NCBI GenBank assembly: GCA_951406725.2
Contig: OX597817.1
Location: forward strand, 55,056,001 to 55,120,000
DNA length: 64,000 nt
Direction: 5' to 3'
From: Octopus vulgaris
Taxonomy: Eukaryota
Part shown: positions 13,596 to 25,995 of the stretch, in pieces
How positions within the stretch are numbered: position 1 is the stretch's first letter
Layout of the letters: the number at the start of each line of letters is the position of its first letter
Program-made: the position numbers and the translations under genes
Notes under the pieces: model-generated
What the model saw: the letters and a program-made list of their open reading frames with translations, nothing else
The model's database searches: none
Told to the model about the DNA's origin: nothing

Positions 13596-13853
13596 GCCAT
13601 AATGATGATGCTGATGGGAATGTCGGTGTAGATGGTGGTCGTGGTGGCGCTGATAATGTTGTATATGTCATGAATATTTATGACCATAATGAAGTAATCA
13701 GTAATCAGCGAAACAATTTCAGTCGCTGTGTGATTTACTGCTGCTGCTGATGCTACCACTACTACTACTGTTACAACTATTAATGCTGGTATTGTTATTA
13801 CAGTCGGTGTTGTTGTTATTAGTATTAGCATAAATATGTGTGCCACCAGTCTT

Positions 13854-13894
<41 letters not shown>

Positions 13895-14395
13895 TCTTAT
13901 TATTGGATACTTCGAAATACTCAATAACACAACGAGCATGATGGTGATCATCATAATCACAATCACCCTCATCATCATCGTCATCATTATCCTCTCCTCC
14001 TCCTCATCATCATCATCACCACCATCACCATCATCATCATCATTACCATCATCATCATCATTACCATCATCATCATCATGAACATCCTTATCATCATCAG
14101 CATCAACACAATCATCATCATCGTCATTATCATCATCACTATCGTCATCATCATCGTCGTCATCATCATCGTCATCATCGTCATCATCGTCATCATCATC
14201 AATATCAATCATCATCATAATCCTCCTCCTCCTCCTTCTCCTCCTCCTCATCATCGCCATCGCCATCATCGTCATCGTCATCGTCATCACCTTCAATATC
14301 ATTAATCATCATCATCATCGTCATCAACATCCTCCTCCTCCTCTTCATCATCATAATTATCAGCCTCCTTCTCCTCAACATCATCATCATCATCA
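13130..14395. repeat. (GAT)n tract (13130-13620) and oppositely oriented (ATC)n tract (13855-14395) around a short unique core
   Basis: Directly visible; gives the poly-D/M/H/I/S ORFs. Confidence 0.95.
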
Positions 14396-14959
14396 GTAGG
14401 CGAACCTAACAACATTGACGATATTGTTGTTATTGCGGGAAATCTTTTGTTGTTGTCGTTGTTGGTTCTGCTTGTGGTATCAGTCGTTCTGTTGCTGCTG
14501 CTGCTGTCGATGTTGCTGTTGTTGTTGTTGTTGTTGTTGTTGTTGCTGTTGCTACAGACTCTTGGCGTTGGTGTTGTTGGCGGCGACGATAATGTCCGTA
14601 AACGACATAGTGACGTTCATGTTGGTTTTCTTTGTATTGCGGCTGCTATTGCTGGCATTGGCGACGTTCGTAATGTCAGTGACGCAGGCAGAGACATCAT
14701 TGGTTGTGTTGGAGGTTTTAGTGTGTTGTTGTTGTTGTTGTTGTTGCTGTTGTTGTTCTTGTTGTTGTATGATATTCCATTCATTGTTGAAACTTTGCAG
14801 CTCCGTGCTGTTGATGCTCGGTCAAAGAATTTAACACTTTGCAGTCATTAACTCATAACTAGTGGTGTTAATTACGACCGGCAGCGGTCTTCACAGATTA
14901 AATGCTTTCATATCGGAAAAAGTATGTGTGTATGTGTATGTGTGTAACAGCTCAATGGT

Positions 14960-15420
14960 ACACGCATACAAACACACACGCATGCAGATACACATACAGC
15001 CACGCACACGAAACATACGAGCACACAAATACAGACACAAACACACACTCAAACACGCACACATACAAACATACTAAACTCAAACACACATACATGCACA
15101 CAAATACACACAAATATACACACGCGAACACACACAGACATACACAATCATGCGCACAAACACACAGAGAAACACACACACAAACACACACAAAACACAC
15201 ACAAACACACACAAGCACACAAACACACACACAAACACACATACAAAAATACACATACACATACACAAACATGCACATTCACAAACACATACACACACGT
15301 AACCACACACAAGCACTAACACACATACAACTACACGGACAAACACGCACACACAAACGAACACACTCACACGCGCATATATACACACACGCACGCATGC
15401 CAACGCACTTGCACACACGG
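14960..15420. repeat. Degenerate (CA)-rich tract
   Basis: Directly visible. Confidence 0.9.
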
Positions 15421-16099
15421 AGAGACATAATCGCACATGCACACGTACTCACATCACGGAACAGAAAGTGAGAGAGTTGCTCAGTTGCATATTTAATTAT
15501 TTCTTTTTAAAATCACATATTTACGAAAAGCTCACGCGATCAAAGACACAAACACGCATATACTCATGCCTAAAGACACACACTCAAATGTATACATACA
15601 TGTAGCCTAAATTTCAACGCAAACTTACACATTTCGTCCTTATACTCAGAGGAACGAACACGAATGTCTCTCGATGTTTTCGTACTCTAATAATCAGTTT
15701 ATCGTGTTTTAGGAAGAAGGAAGAATGTTATACATATTGTAGTGTAATACGCGCTTATGTCTAAAAGTACGAGGGGTCATGGCTTGAAGATCTTTGAATG
15801 GGAACTGGCTACACCTAAACAGAAGCATAACAATCCGTTTGTGCTTGCATGAGAGCGCCCGCCCTGACAAACACACAAATATACATCCACATATATAAAT
15901 ATATATATTTATGATGCTATGAGCACAAGTATATCACACGGATGGAGAAATTTTGTATGAGTTCAAAGTTTAAAATAAACGAAACAGTTTTGACGCTTCA
16001 TACATTTGTCATTCTTCAAATAATGGTAGGGGAAAAGAAATGGAACGACAAAATTTGGGTGAAAAAAAAAAACAGGTACATATGTCTATATAAAGAATG

Positions 16100-16480
16100 C
16101 GGCTGAGAGAAATATTTGATGAAAGAGCTTTTTTCCACCGAGATCGACTTACCGGCTTCACTGAAATTGTTGGCTTGTGCCAAAATTTGGAACCAATGTA
16201 AAATAGAGATAGTGTTGTGGCACTCATGCCTTGTATAGTTGAAGAATTACTGGTTAACCGAGATTTTCCATGCGATTAGAAAACACACTCTAAGGGTTCT
16301 TAAAATGTATAACCATCAGGAAAGGGTGTACTTCATAATGATATCAGGTTATCAAGCATTTTAGAAAAGCTAATACAATGTGTTGAAATGTCTTTCAAGT
16401 TTAGAAGGAGACTCTAAAGCCTATTGAATGCAGCAGGTCTGTGCTCAACATAACATCGTTGTTCTTCATGAGAACCACCA
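16100..16480 (+). pseudogene. Decayed PIF/Harbinger (HARBI1-like) transposase remnant
   Basis: EIFDERAFFHRDRLTGFTEIVGLCQNLEPM*NRDSVVAL resembles the N-terminal 'DE.F..RYRL' segment. Later LIQCVEMSFKFRR and VCAQHNI resemble the 'IERAFG.LK.RFR' and 'CAVLHNI' motifs. Internally deleted. Confidence 0.45.
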
Positions 16481-16620
16481 AGAATATAATTGAAAAATGA
16501 AAGCTGGTAATGAAGACTGGTAAGAAAGTTAGTTTCACATCATAGGATTTGCTTCCATATAACGTTGTCAGGCTTCAGGTAAGTGTCTTTCATCGTAGCC
16601 TCGTAGAAAACCAAACTGGG

Positions 16621-16996
16621 TTATTCTTTTATTCTTTTGCTCATTTCAGTCATTTGACTGTGGGCATGCTGGTGCACCGCCTTTTAGTCGAGCAAATCAA
16701 CCTCCAGGATTTATCTTTGTAAGCCTAGTACGTATTCTATCGGTCACTTTTGCCGAACCACTAATTCACGGGGACGTAAACACACCAGCATCGGTTGTCA
16801 ATTGATGTTGTGGGGACAAACATAAACACACAAACCTATATACACACATGCATACATATATACATATATACGATGGGCCTCTTTCAGTTTCCATCTATCA
16901 TATCCATTCACAAGGCTTTGGTCGGCCCGAAGCTATAGTAGAAGACAGTGGGACTGAACCCGGGACCATGTGGTAGGTAAGGAAGCTACTTACCAC
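16621..16996 (-). mobile_element. SINE family A, near full length
   Basis: Reverse complement of the 43501-43962 copy, with the tail GGCGGTGCACCAGCATGCCCACAGTCAAATGACTGAAA and (AAAGAATA) repeats. Confidence 0.9.
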
Positions 16997-17739
16997 TGGA
17001 AGTCTCTCAGGTATGTTGTATCTATAATTCAAACAGTTGGGAATTACGTTAAGTTTAGAGGTGTCCGTGAAATACCCAGCCATTTCCAAATCAATTCAAT
17101 GAGTAGGTAGACTCGTTGATGAAACACCGAAGCAGTCATCGTCGAAAACGACGGCGAACTCATTTGCTTGATTTACATATTTTCTTCGATGTCCATACTC
17201 ATGCACACTGTAAATTAATAAGGACAATGTTTTATTCTATTCAAAATTCTATATTAATACCGAAAAATTTCTAAAACACACACCTTTATTTTGTATGCCA
17301 AAATTATCCGATCCTTGCGACATTACCTTAGAGTCACCGAATATAAAGAGCTAAACTTGGTTTTGTTCACAAAATTCTCAACCTCTCCCAACGTCTCTCC
17401 CCCATCACTCTCTCTCTCTCTCTCGCGCGCACGCTCTCTCTCCCACTCTTTTTCTCTATGACTTTGTATACCGCATACATTATTTGTGTATGAACATGTC
17501 ACCTATTCTCTCTTAGTCTTTCTTTCTCTCACTCACTTTTCACCCCCTTCTCTCTCCTTCTTCGCTCCTCTCTCTCCTCACCTTTCTTTCTCCCGATTCC
17601 TAAAATGCCATTTTACATGCTTCAGACCTGAAAAATTCCTACCTAATCCTGCATTATTAATCCATTTCTCTGAGATTTATATGCTTCAGGGATAAGGAAA
17701 TGGAGAGATGAAATGAATTTATATATACAAACCTACAAC

Positions 17740-17825
17740 ACGTGCATACATACTTATATACATGTATATGTATATGTATCTATGTGTGTATGTGTATATA
17801 TATATACATACGTATACATATATAG

Positions 17826-17884
<59 letters not shown>

Positions 17885-17995
17885 CGTACACACGTAGATG
17901 TATGTATCTGTATATATAACTGTTACATGTATACGTGCATACATGCGTGTACACATATAAAGACATAGATGACAATTTAGAGAAATAAAGAAGAA

Positions 17996-18030
<35 letters not shown>

Positions 18031-18208
18031 AGAAGAAGAAGAAGAAGAAGAAGAAGAAGAAGAAAACTACATGTGTCAGTGTATATGAGTGCGTGCATGT
18101 AGATATATGTACAAGAAGGCAAATGTACAGAAACGTATACATACAAATATTCATAAACACATGAATGCATATACATACATACATATATACACGCATATAT
18201 ATATGTAT

Positions 18209-18298
<90 letters not shown>

Positions 18299-18500
18299 GC
18301 ATATATATATACATATATATGTACATATATATATATGAATATTCATATATATATATATACACATATATATGTGTACATGTATATATGTATATATATTTAT
18401 ACATATGTATATACATATACATACGTATATATCTATATATATATATAAATGCAAATATATGTGTATATATACATATATATATATTTGTATGTATATATTG
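17740..18500. repeat. (TA)n/(TACA)n/(GAA)n microsatellite field
   Basis: Directly visible. Confidence 0.95.
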
Positions 18501-19087
18501 ATATACTAGAGGGAGAGAGAGAGAGAGAGTGAGAGTAAGAGAGAGGAATGGAAAGCAAGGAAGGCTGGCAGAGAATAGATTTGGGATGGTACAATAACAG
18601 AAGCTAGAGAGTGGAAGAGCAGGGGAGGCAATATTCACAGTGAAGGTAAGAAATATTTTCATTTTGCATGGCATTCAAAACGCCTCCCTCTTCTCCAATA
18701 AACTAAAAGACCTACAGGCCTGAAGACTCAAAGACTTATCGATTCCATCTGGCATTGTAATAATTCTTTCACGTGTCGCACGAAATCTTTCGAATGGAAT
18801 GACAGTTGCATTTACCGAGATTGTAGCGAGGACAATTGTCCACTGTCTTCATGGAAAATGGAACTGCTTTTGTACATACGCACATATTCCGAGGAATATG
18901 TGTGTGAAAGTGTGTGTGTGTGTGAGTGTGTGTGCGTGTGTATCCTACAAGCACGCACATTTCTAAGAATATAATATAGATATATATGTATGAATACATT
19001 CATGTATACGTGCGTAGATTCACACATAGATACTCGAGCACACACATACATATACATACATGTATGTGTATGTGTGTGTATGTGTGT

Positions 19088-19088
19088 G

Positions 19089-19183
<95 letters not shown>
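19088..19183. repeat. (GATA)n tetranucleotide microsatellite
   Basis: Directly visible; similar arrays at 22895-23010, 23243-23326, 52740-52897 and 57790-57861. Confidence 0.95.
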
Positions 19184-20003
19184 GGAAAACCAGAGTTACA
19201 GACCGACAGATAGACAGGCAGAAAAGCAGATAGCTAGCTAGCTAGATAGATAGACAGATATATGAATGGATAAAGAGATAGATAGATATAAAGTTAGATA
19301 GATATACGGATAGATAGAAAGAGAGAAAGAGAGAGAGAAAGAGAAATATGTTAATACACACACGCACATTTACATCCATACACGCATTATCTATTTGTGT
19401 TTTTCAGATTACAACTGTTGTGACGTGTGTTCGATTCAAGGATTGTCCGAAGGAGAATGCACCGTGTCTTGAGCAAGCCACTCCGTTTCAGGTGTCTTCT
19501 AACTACATAGCTCTAGTTATTTACGTGCAAACAACTGTGGAATTAACAAGGCAGCTCCAGAATAGCTTATCTCTATGTTGCAAAGAATTTACAGCGGCTC
19601 ACGCACACACAATGTAATGAAGCCACCTATTTCACTGACGAAAGCAGATTCTTTAGCGATGTCAAATCGAACAGTTCCCCCAGATTTGGAACAATTTGGG
19701 GCAGATTATCTCCTACCCTTCAATAGGTACTAGCACTCGGTAAATTGGTGTGCAACTCAAACAATCTTCACCATAAGACTGTCTAAATAGCTGAGTTTTA
19801 TTCCAATTAAAAACCGAATTTTACGCAAGCGCATTACTCTTCTATATCTTCAATTTCTCACTTTCCGTTCAATCGTCAAATGCACTAAACACTTCCGTTC
19901 TTGAAGAAATTGATGTCTACAAGATGTGGCATGATTTGAAAGGGATGGTGGCAGGGAATGGGTTGGACATGATGCAATAACAGAAGTTATAAAGTAGAAC
20001 TGT

Positions 20004-20113
20004 TGGCGTGTCTGCATGGTAAGAAGCTTGCTTCTCAAACGCATCGTCCCAAGTTCAGTCCTACTGCGTCGCATGGAGGGCAAGTGTCTTCTACTACAGA
20101 ATCGGCCAACCAA
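20004..20113 (+). mobile_element. SINE family A head fragment
   Basis: GGCGTGTCTGCATGGTAAGAAGCTTGCTTC...GTTCAGTCCTACTGCGT...GGGCAAGTGTCTTCTACTA. Confidence 0.75.
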
Positions 20114-20221
20114 ACCAGGATTTCTTCTCTTTGACTTTCATTCTCCAATTCCTTTAATTTTGCTCAACTAGATTTCGAATTTGGTTCATTGATGAATTTC
20201 TGGATATCAATTATGTAAATT

Positions 20222-20526
20222 CTGTTGTGTCTAGGGAGTAATTTTCTTTTTGTGCCTTATAATATAACACACTCACCGGTAAAATTTCCACTTTTTTTTT
20301 CTTATTTTTATTGTCCTAAACTTTTCTTTGCGTCTTGCAACCTTTTCAATAGTTTTGACTCTCTTGATGTTCAAAACTATTGAGAGTCAAAACTATTGAA
20401 AAGGTTGCAAGACGCAACGAAAAGTTTAGGAAAATATAAATAAGGAAAAAAAAAGTGGAAATTTTACCGGTGAGTGTGTTACATAATAAGGCACAAAAAG
20501 AAAATGACTCTCCCCAGACACAACAG
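20222..20526. mobile_element. Fold-back/MITE: ~142-bp inverted arms with an 18-bp spacer
   Basis: Arms 20222-20363 and 20382-20526 are near-perfect reverse complements (e.g. ACACACTCACCGGTAAAATTTCCAC / GTGGAAATTTTACCGGTGAGTGTGT). Confidence 0.9.
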
Positions 20527-21269
20527 TATATGCTTCAACACATATAAGAATCTTGCAAACCAAATCCAAAAACGAAATTATGTAAATGGAATTCACTTTT
20601 GCCATGAATTAATAAATAAAAAGTTAATAGCTTTTAAAATTTGCAATTTTGCAAATCGAAAGCAACAGAGGCCAATTCCAGGCGAGCGCAAATTCTGTCT
20701 TTGTTCTTTGAATTTTCTTAAACAAAATGACGTCTTCTAATTTCATTTGCTTTTCTACTAAGGACTGGCCGTATAATTACCTCGTGGAAAACCTGTTATT
20801 GAAAACTACAGGCATCATTTTCGACGAGCCAAACTTGAAGAGAAATTAGGTGACTAGTTAGGCCTGAAAAGGACTTTAAGATTAGATTCCACAAATTTTA
20901 GTATGAAATTAGTGAAGAAGAATTCTGGAGTACAAAGAAAGCTAAGGAATGAAGAAGAGGTGATAAGGGGAGACATTAAAACTCACGCTGAGCACAAAAG
21001 CTGCATTGTCAGAGCAAGGGCGTGTGTTGTAAGGCTCAGTCAGATGGTGGAGAAGGTTATCTGCCTTATTAATCGTATCTGAAGGTATCTGTTACGATCA
21101 GGGGATGGTAGTAGACGTAGGGTAAAGATACGACGGATTACCCTCCCACCACCAATGATATGGTACTCTGCATAGTTGTAACATGTTGCAGGATTATGGA
21201 ACAATTTCCACCCGACATCATATTTGCTGGTCTAGTTGTTTTTATTGTCGTGACTCTGTTTTAACGATC

Positions 21270-21403
21270 ACCACTACTACTGCTACTACTACTAATATCA
21301 TGGCAACCACCACCACTAACACCACCACGATCACCTCTGCTACTACTACAACCATGGCCACCACCAACACCACTATCACCACAATCACTACCACCACCAC
21401 CAA

Positions 21404-21435
<32 letters not shown>

Positions 21436-21518
21436 GAATCACAACCACCTCCACCGCCGCCACCACCACCATCACCACCACCGCCACCACCACCATCACT
21501 ACTACTACTACTACTAAA

Positions 21519-21571
<53 letters not shown>

Positions 21572-21613
21572 AATACCATCACCTCCACAATCACCGCTAC
21601 TACTACCAGCAGC

Positions 21614-21649
<36 letters not shown>

Positions 21650-21650
21650 G
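21270..21650. repeat. (ACT)n/(ACC)n followed by (GTA)n microsatellite
   Basis: Directly visible. Confidence 0.95.
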
Positions 21651-22099
21651 TGCTGCTTCTCCTGTTTCTCCTCCCACCCCCTGTACACTCTCAAAGTCTT
21701 CCAGTCATACTTCATCATTTCCTTGAAACAATGAAAATATGACAGAGACGACCCCCCCGGCACCCCCTCGCACAACCTGATACTTCTTAGTTTAAAGGTC
21801 ATTTTCCTATTTAAACTGTTTTCAAAATCAGATTTTCTCTTCGCCCATAAATCTATCTCGAGACTCACATCTTCCACACACACACAGCTAAGACGAACTC
21901 AAGAACTTTGGTCTCCAACGCTAATTCTCTAAATATCTTCCTATCTATTCATCTCTATCTCTCTATCACTCTCTCCACGCTCTCTCTCTCTCTCTTTCTC
22001 TCTGTTCCAATTAACTCCCGTTCTCCGGGATTTACATATATAACTATGTATGTTTATGTATTTATATATAAACATATATATATATATATATATATACAT

Positions 22100-22151
<52 letters not shown>

Positions 22152-22333
22152 ATGTATATACATACATATATATATATATTTGTTTACTCACGCTGCCTCT
22201 CGTGTTTCTCTCTCTCCGTATCTATCTATCTAATATCTATCTATCTATCTATATCTCTCTCTCTATATATATATACATATACACACAAACACACACACAC
22301 ACATATATATATATATGTACATATATATATATA

Positions 22334-22387
<54 letters not shown>

Positions 22388-22404
22388 TATACATATATAT
22401 ATAT

Positions 22405-22483
<79 letters not shown>

Positions 22484-22829
22484 TAGGCAGATAGATAGAT
22501 AGATAGATAGATAGATATGTAGATAGATTGATAGATAGATAAATCGGTATATAGATAGATAGTTGGAGAGAGAGAGAGGGAGAGAGAAACATGAGAGACG
22601 TGAGTGAACCAATTCATAAGTAATTACGCCACAAAGAAAATGAAATAAAAATAGAATTAAATGATTTTGGTACGAAGCAAAACATTAAGAAAAGCAAAAG
22701 TGAGATTTTGAAGGGCAAATTTGGGCATTAATCTTTGTTTATAGTTAAACTCTGCACCACAATATATACACACAAGTGTGCATATGCGTTCATGTATACA
22801 CACACAAACATATACATATTAATACACAT

Positions 22830-22869
<40 letters not shown>

Positions 22870-22895
22870 GTAGTTTTGTAGATAGACATACAGAC

Positions 22896-22931
<36 letters not shown>

Positions 22932-22932
22932 G

Positions 22933-23011
<79 letters not shown>

Positions 23012-23026
23012 TGGCAGATACGTGTT

Positions 23027-23241
23027 CGACGGCTACTGAAAAGTTTCTGGCTTTGGACAAAAGAAATACATGAGGATCAGTTAATTTTGATTTTATCCAA
23101 CGTATTCCCGTCTCAGATCCATGCACCTATTACAGCTGTCCTTTAGGTTTTGTAAGACATTTAAAAGAACTCAGAAGTTTGTGCCTCCAACCAGATCTTT
23201 TGTGACTCCCTTAAAGCCAAGAACATTTCAGCATCCTCTCG
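23027..23241. mobile_element. mariner-derived MITE
   Basis: TIR-like CGACGGCTACTGAAAAGTTTCTGGCTTT ... AAAGCCAAGAACATTTCAGCATCCTCTCG. Confidence 0.7.
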
Positions 23242-23242
23242 T

Positions 23243-23326
<84 letters not shown>

Positions 23327-23397
23327 GTATATATATATATATATATATATAGCAATAATAAATCTCTGAACGAGGTATAAACTGTACCTGCACGACA

Positions 23398-23558
23398 ATG
23401 TGAAGTATATTTACCACTTAAATGTGGCTAACCACTAAGGGTGGATGCTACTGTAGCTTGTAGCCCCAGGAGAAGATGATGTTCTTCTGGGACTACATGC
23501 TACAGTAGCATCCACCCTTAGTAGTTAGCCACATTTAAGTGGCAAATATACATCACAT
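23398..23558. repeat. Hairpin/fold-back element: 77-bp arms with a 7-nt loop
   Basis: CCACTTAAATGTGGCTAAC.ACTAAGGGTGGATGCTACTGTAGC / GCTACAGTAGCATCCACCCTTAGT.GTTAGCCACATTTAAGTGG. Confidence 0.9.
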
Positions 23559-23864
23559 ATATTAATAGTTATCGCCAAGTCGCCAAGCTAACATGGCAGT
23601 CCAGAAAAATAGGACGAATGCTGCCATTGATTAGCTCCAAGAGGCCATCGCCTCTAGCTAGCCATGTGACACACGAACCTGTGTCCATTATAACCTTCGA
23701 ACAGGGGAAGTCAGCCGCTTCCAGTACCGCTACCGTTGTCTCCTCTAGAGAGACTTAGAAATATCAATATTTCTATATGATATATATATATATATATATA
23801 TATATTATTAGTGAATTGAAGAAATGGAGTTGAACGAAGATTGAACAGAAATCGTTTTATTGCA

Positions 23865-23944
23865 TTCTACACGTGTTTCGAAAGGCACAATTTACCAAAT
23901 TCCGATTGAATAAGGAGACCATATTGTGTCTTTCTCTTCAGGAA
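23865..23944 (-). ncRNA. Type-I hammerhead ribozyme with intact catalytic core (Penelope-like element type)
   Basis: Minus strand TTC-CTGAAGA-GAAAGACACAAT(31 nt)ATTGTGCCTTTC-GAAAC-ACGT-GTA-GAA: CUGANGA and GAAA boxes, stem II 11/12 bp, palindromic stem III ACACGTGT, GUA cleavage triplet, 3-bp stem I, AATAAA just downstream. Confidence 0.75.
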
Positions 23945-25149
23945 GAAATAGGAAATCCGTTGGAAAAAACAAAAACAGAACAGAGGCGGAGCAAAACAAA
24001 TCGAAACAATTCACTAATAATATTAAAATTCAATTATCCGCACCAACGCACGGTTGCAACACCATATGGTTGTACCTCCAACAGTGCTGTCTTCTGCTGT
24101 GATTTTTGCTACCAAGGTATCGGTTAAACTTTTGATTAATCTGCAACAAGATTATTCATCTTTCTATTTCACAATATATATATATATATTATATCTTACG
24201 CTTATTCTACCGCACCTCTCTGTTTCCGTTCATATTCAAACAAGTCGTTCTATCGATAACAAATGAATTGCCCTACATTCAGCTCTTACACTCAAATATG
24301 AACAACAACGTGATCTCTTACAAATTCCGCTGTTGTTTCCTGTACAACAAGCTACGTTAAATAAACTTGTAAACTTGTTACTGTATTTCAAAACCTAGTG
24401 AGACGGTCACGGTTGGGTAACGTTTTGTTAATGGATGGAAACAAAAACAACAACCCTAACAATCAATGTACCATCATTAAATTAATCTTACCCATTTATA
24501 TTTCTTTCACCTTTTGTATTTTATTTCCCCTATTAATAACCATCATTATATTCCTCTTCATTGTCACTCTCATCACGATATATTATATTCTCACAATTAT
24601 GTTTATCATACTCTTCGATACGTTTTAATAAATAATCTCTCCTCTTTCTATGTCATGTATTATTGTTGTATTTTCTTTTTAGCACTATCATTTCTCCAAT
24701 GTCAAAACAATACTTTCTAATCCTCTTGTTTATCATTTAAAATACATTTTTTAATATGAACTGTATAGTTCGTGTTTATATTGTTTTTTTTTTTTCAATT
24801 AATTCTTAATTTGTTTTTCTTCATCATCTCGTTTATTTAAATTATTATTTTGCAAATTTTGTTACTCTTCTGGATGTTGAAGTTGTTGTTGTAACGTCGT
24901 TCGTTATTAAACTTAATCAGACTTGATGTCAATATTAATTAATTTTTATGTTGTTATTAAAATTATTCGTTTGTTTTTAGAAATTGCTATTAATTTATAA
25001 ATGCGAATTTCCATCGTGTGAAGTTCGCAAATTCTGTATATTTGTAACTTGAAGCATGTGAATCGATTTCGATTTGGATTCGATCTTGCTACGCTGTCAT
25101 TATTCACGATCAGGAGTTTAACTCTTGTTAAAGAAAAATTTGTAATCTT

Positions 25150-25995
25150 CTGCTGGCAGAGGAGGGCCAGCTGGCAGAACCACTTACACATCGGAAATAA
25201 ATGCTAAGCTATATCTCGTCCGTCTTTACTTCCAGAGTTCAAATCCCGCTGAGGCCGACTTTGCTTTTCATCCCTTTCGGTGTCGATTAATTAATACTAG
25301 GGCGGCGAGCTGGCAGAAACGTTAGCGCGCCGGGCGAAATGCTTAGCGGTATTTCCTCTGTCGTTACGTTCTGAGTTCAAATTCCACCGAGGTCGACTTG
25401 GCCTTTCATCCTTTCGGGGTCGATAAATAAAGTACCAGTTTCGCACTGGGGTCGATGTAATCGACTTAATCCCTTTGTCTGTCCTTGTTTGTCCCTTCTA
25501 TGTTTAGCCCCTTGTGGGCAATAAAGAAATAAATACTAGGGCGGCGAGCTGGCTGAAACGTTAGCACGCCGGGCGAAATGCTTAGCAGTATTTCCTCTGC
25601 CGTTATGTTCTGAGTTCAAATTACGCCGAGGTCGACTTTGCCTTTCATCTTTTCGAGGTCGATTAAATAAGTACCAGTTACGCACTGAAGTTGATATAGT
25701 CGACTTAATCCGTTTGTCTGTCCTTGTTTGACCTCTATGTGTTTAGCCCCTTGTGGGTAATAAAGAAATAGGTATTTCGTCTGCCGCTACGTTCTGAGTT
25801 CAAATTCCACCGAGGTCTACTTTGCCTTTCATCCTTTCGAGGTCGATTAAAAAGTACCAGTTACGCAGTGGTGTTGACATAATCGACTAAATCCCTTTGT
25901 TTGTCCTCTTTATGTTTGGCCCACCTGTGTGCAATAAAGAAATTAAAATTTTAAAAATACCAGTTGAGCACCATATCTCAGGCCTTATACCTAGA
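25150..25995 (+). mobile_element. Tandem/nested array of about four SINE family B units
   Basis: Heads at ~25160, 25300 and 25540; headless unit from 25771. Repeated core GTCGACTTTGCCTTTCATCCTTTCG.GGTCGAT. Confidence 0.9.

Noticed and set aside
13063-14851. Long ORFs (up to 364 aa) rich in D/M/H/I/C/L
   Set aside because: They are translations of (GAT)n/(ATC)n/(TGT)n microsatellites open in several frames, with no domain or splice evidence.
17754-18674. 306-aa and other YI/HT/CV-repeat ORFs throughout the window
   Set aside because: Dinucleotide repeats lack stop codons; these are not genes.
23398-23558. Hairpin as a possible miRNA precursor or twister ribozyme
   Set aside because: The arms belong to a dispersed fold-back family, no known mature miRNA was recognised, and twister pseudoknot motifs were not found.
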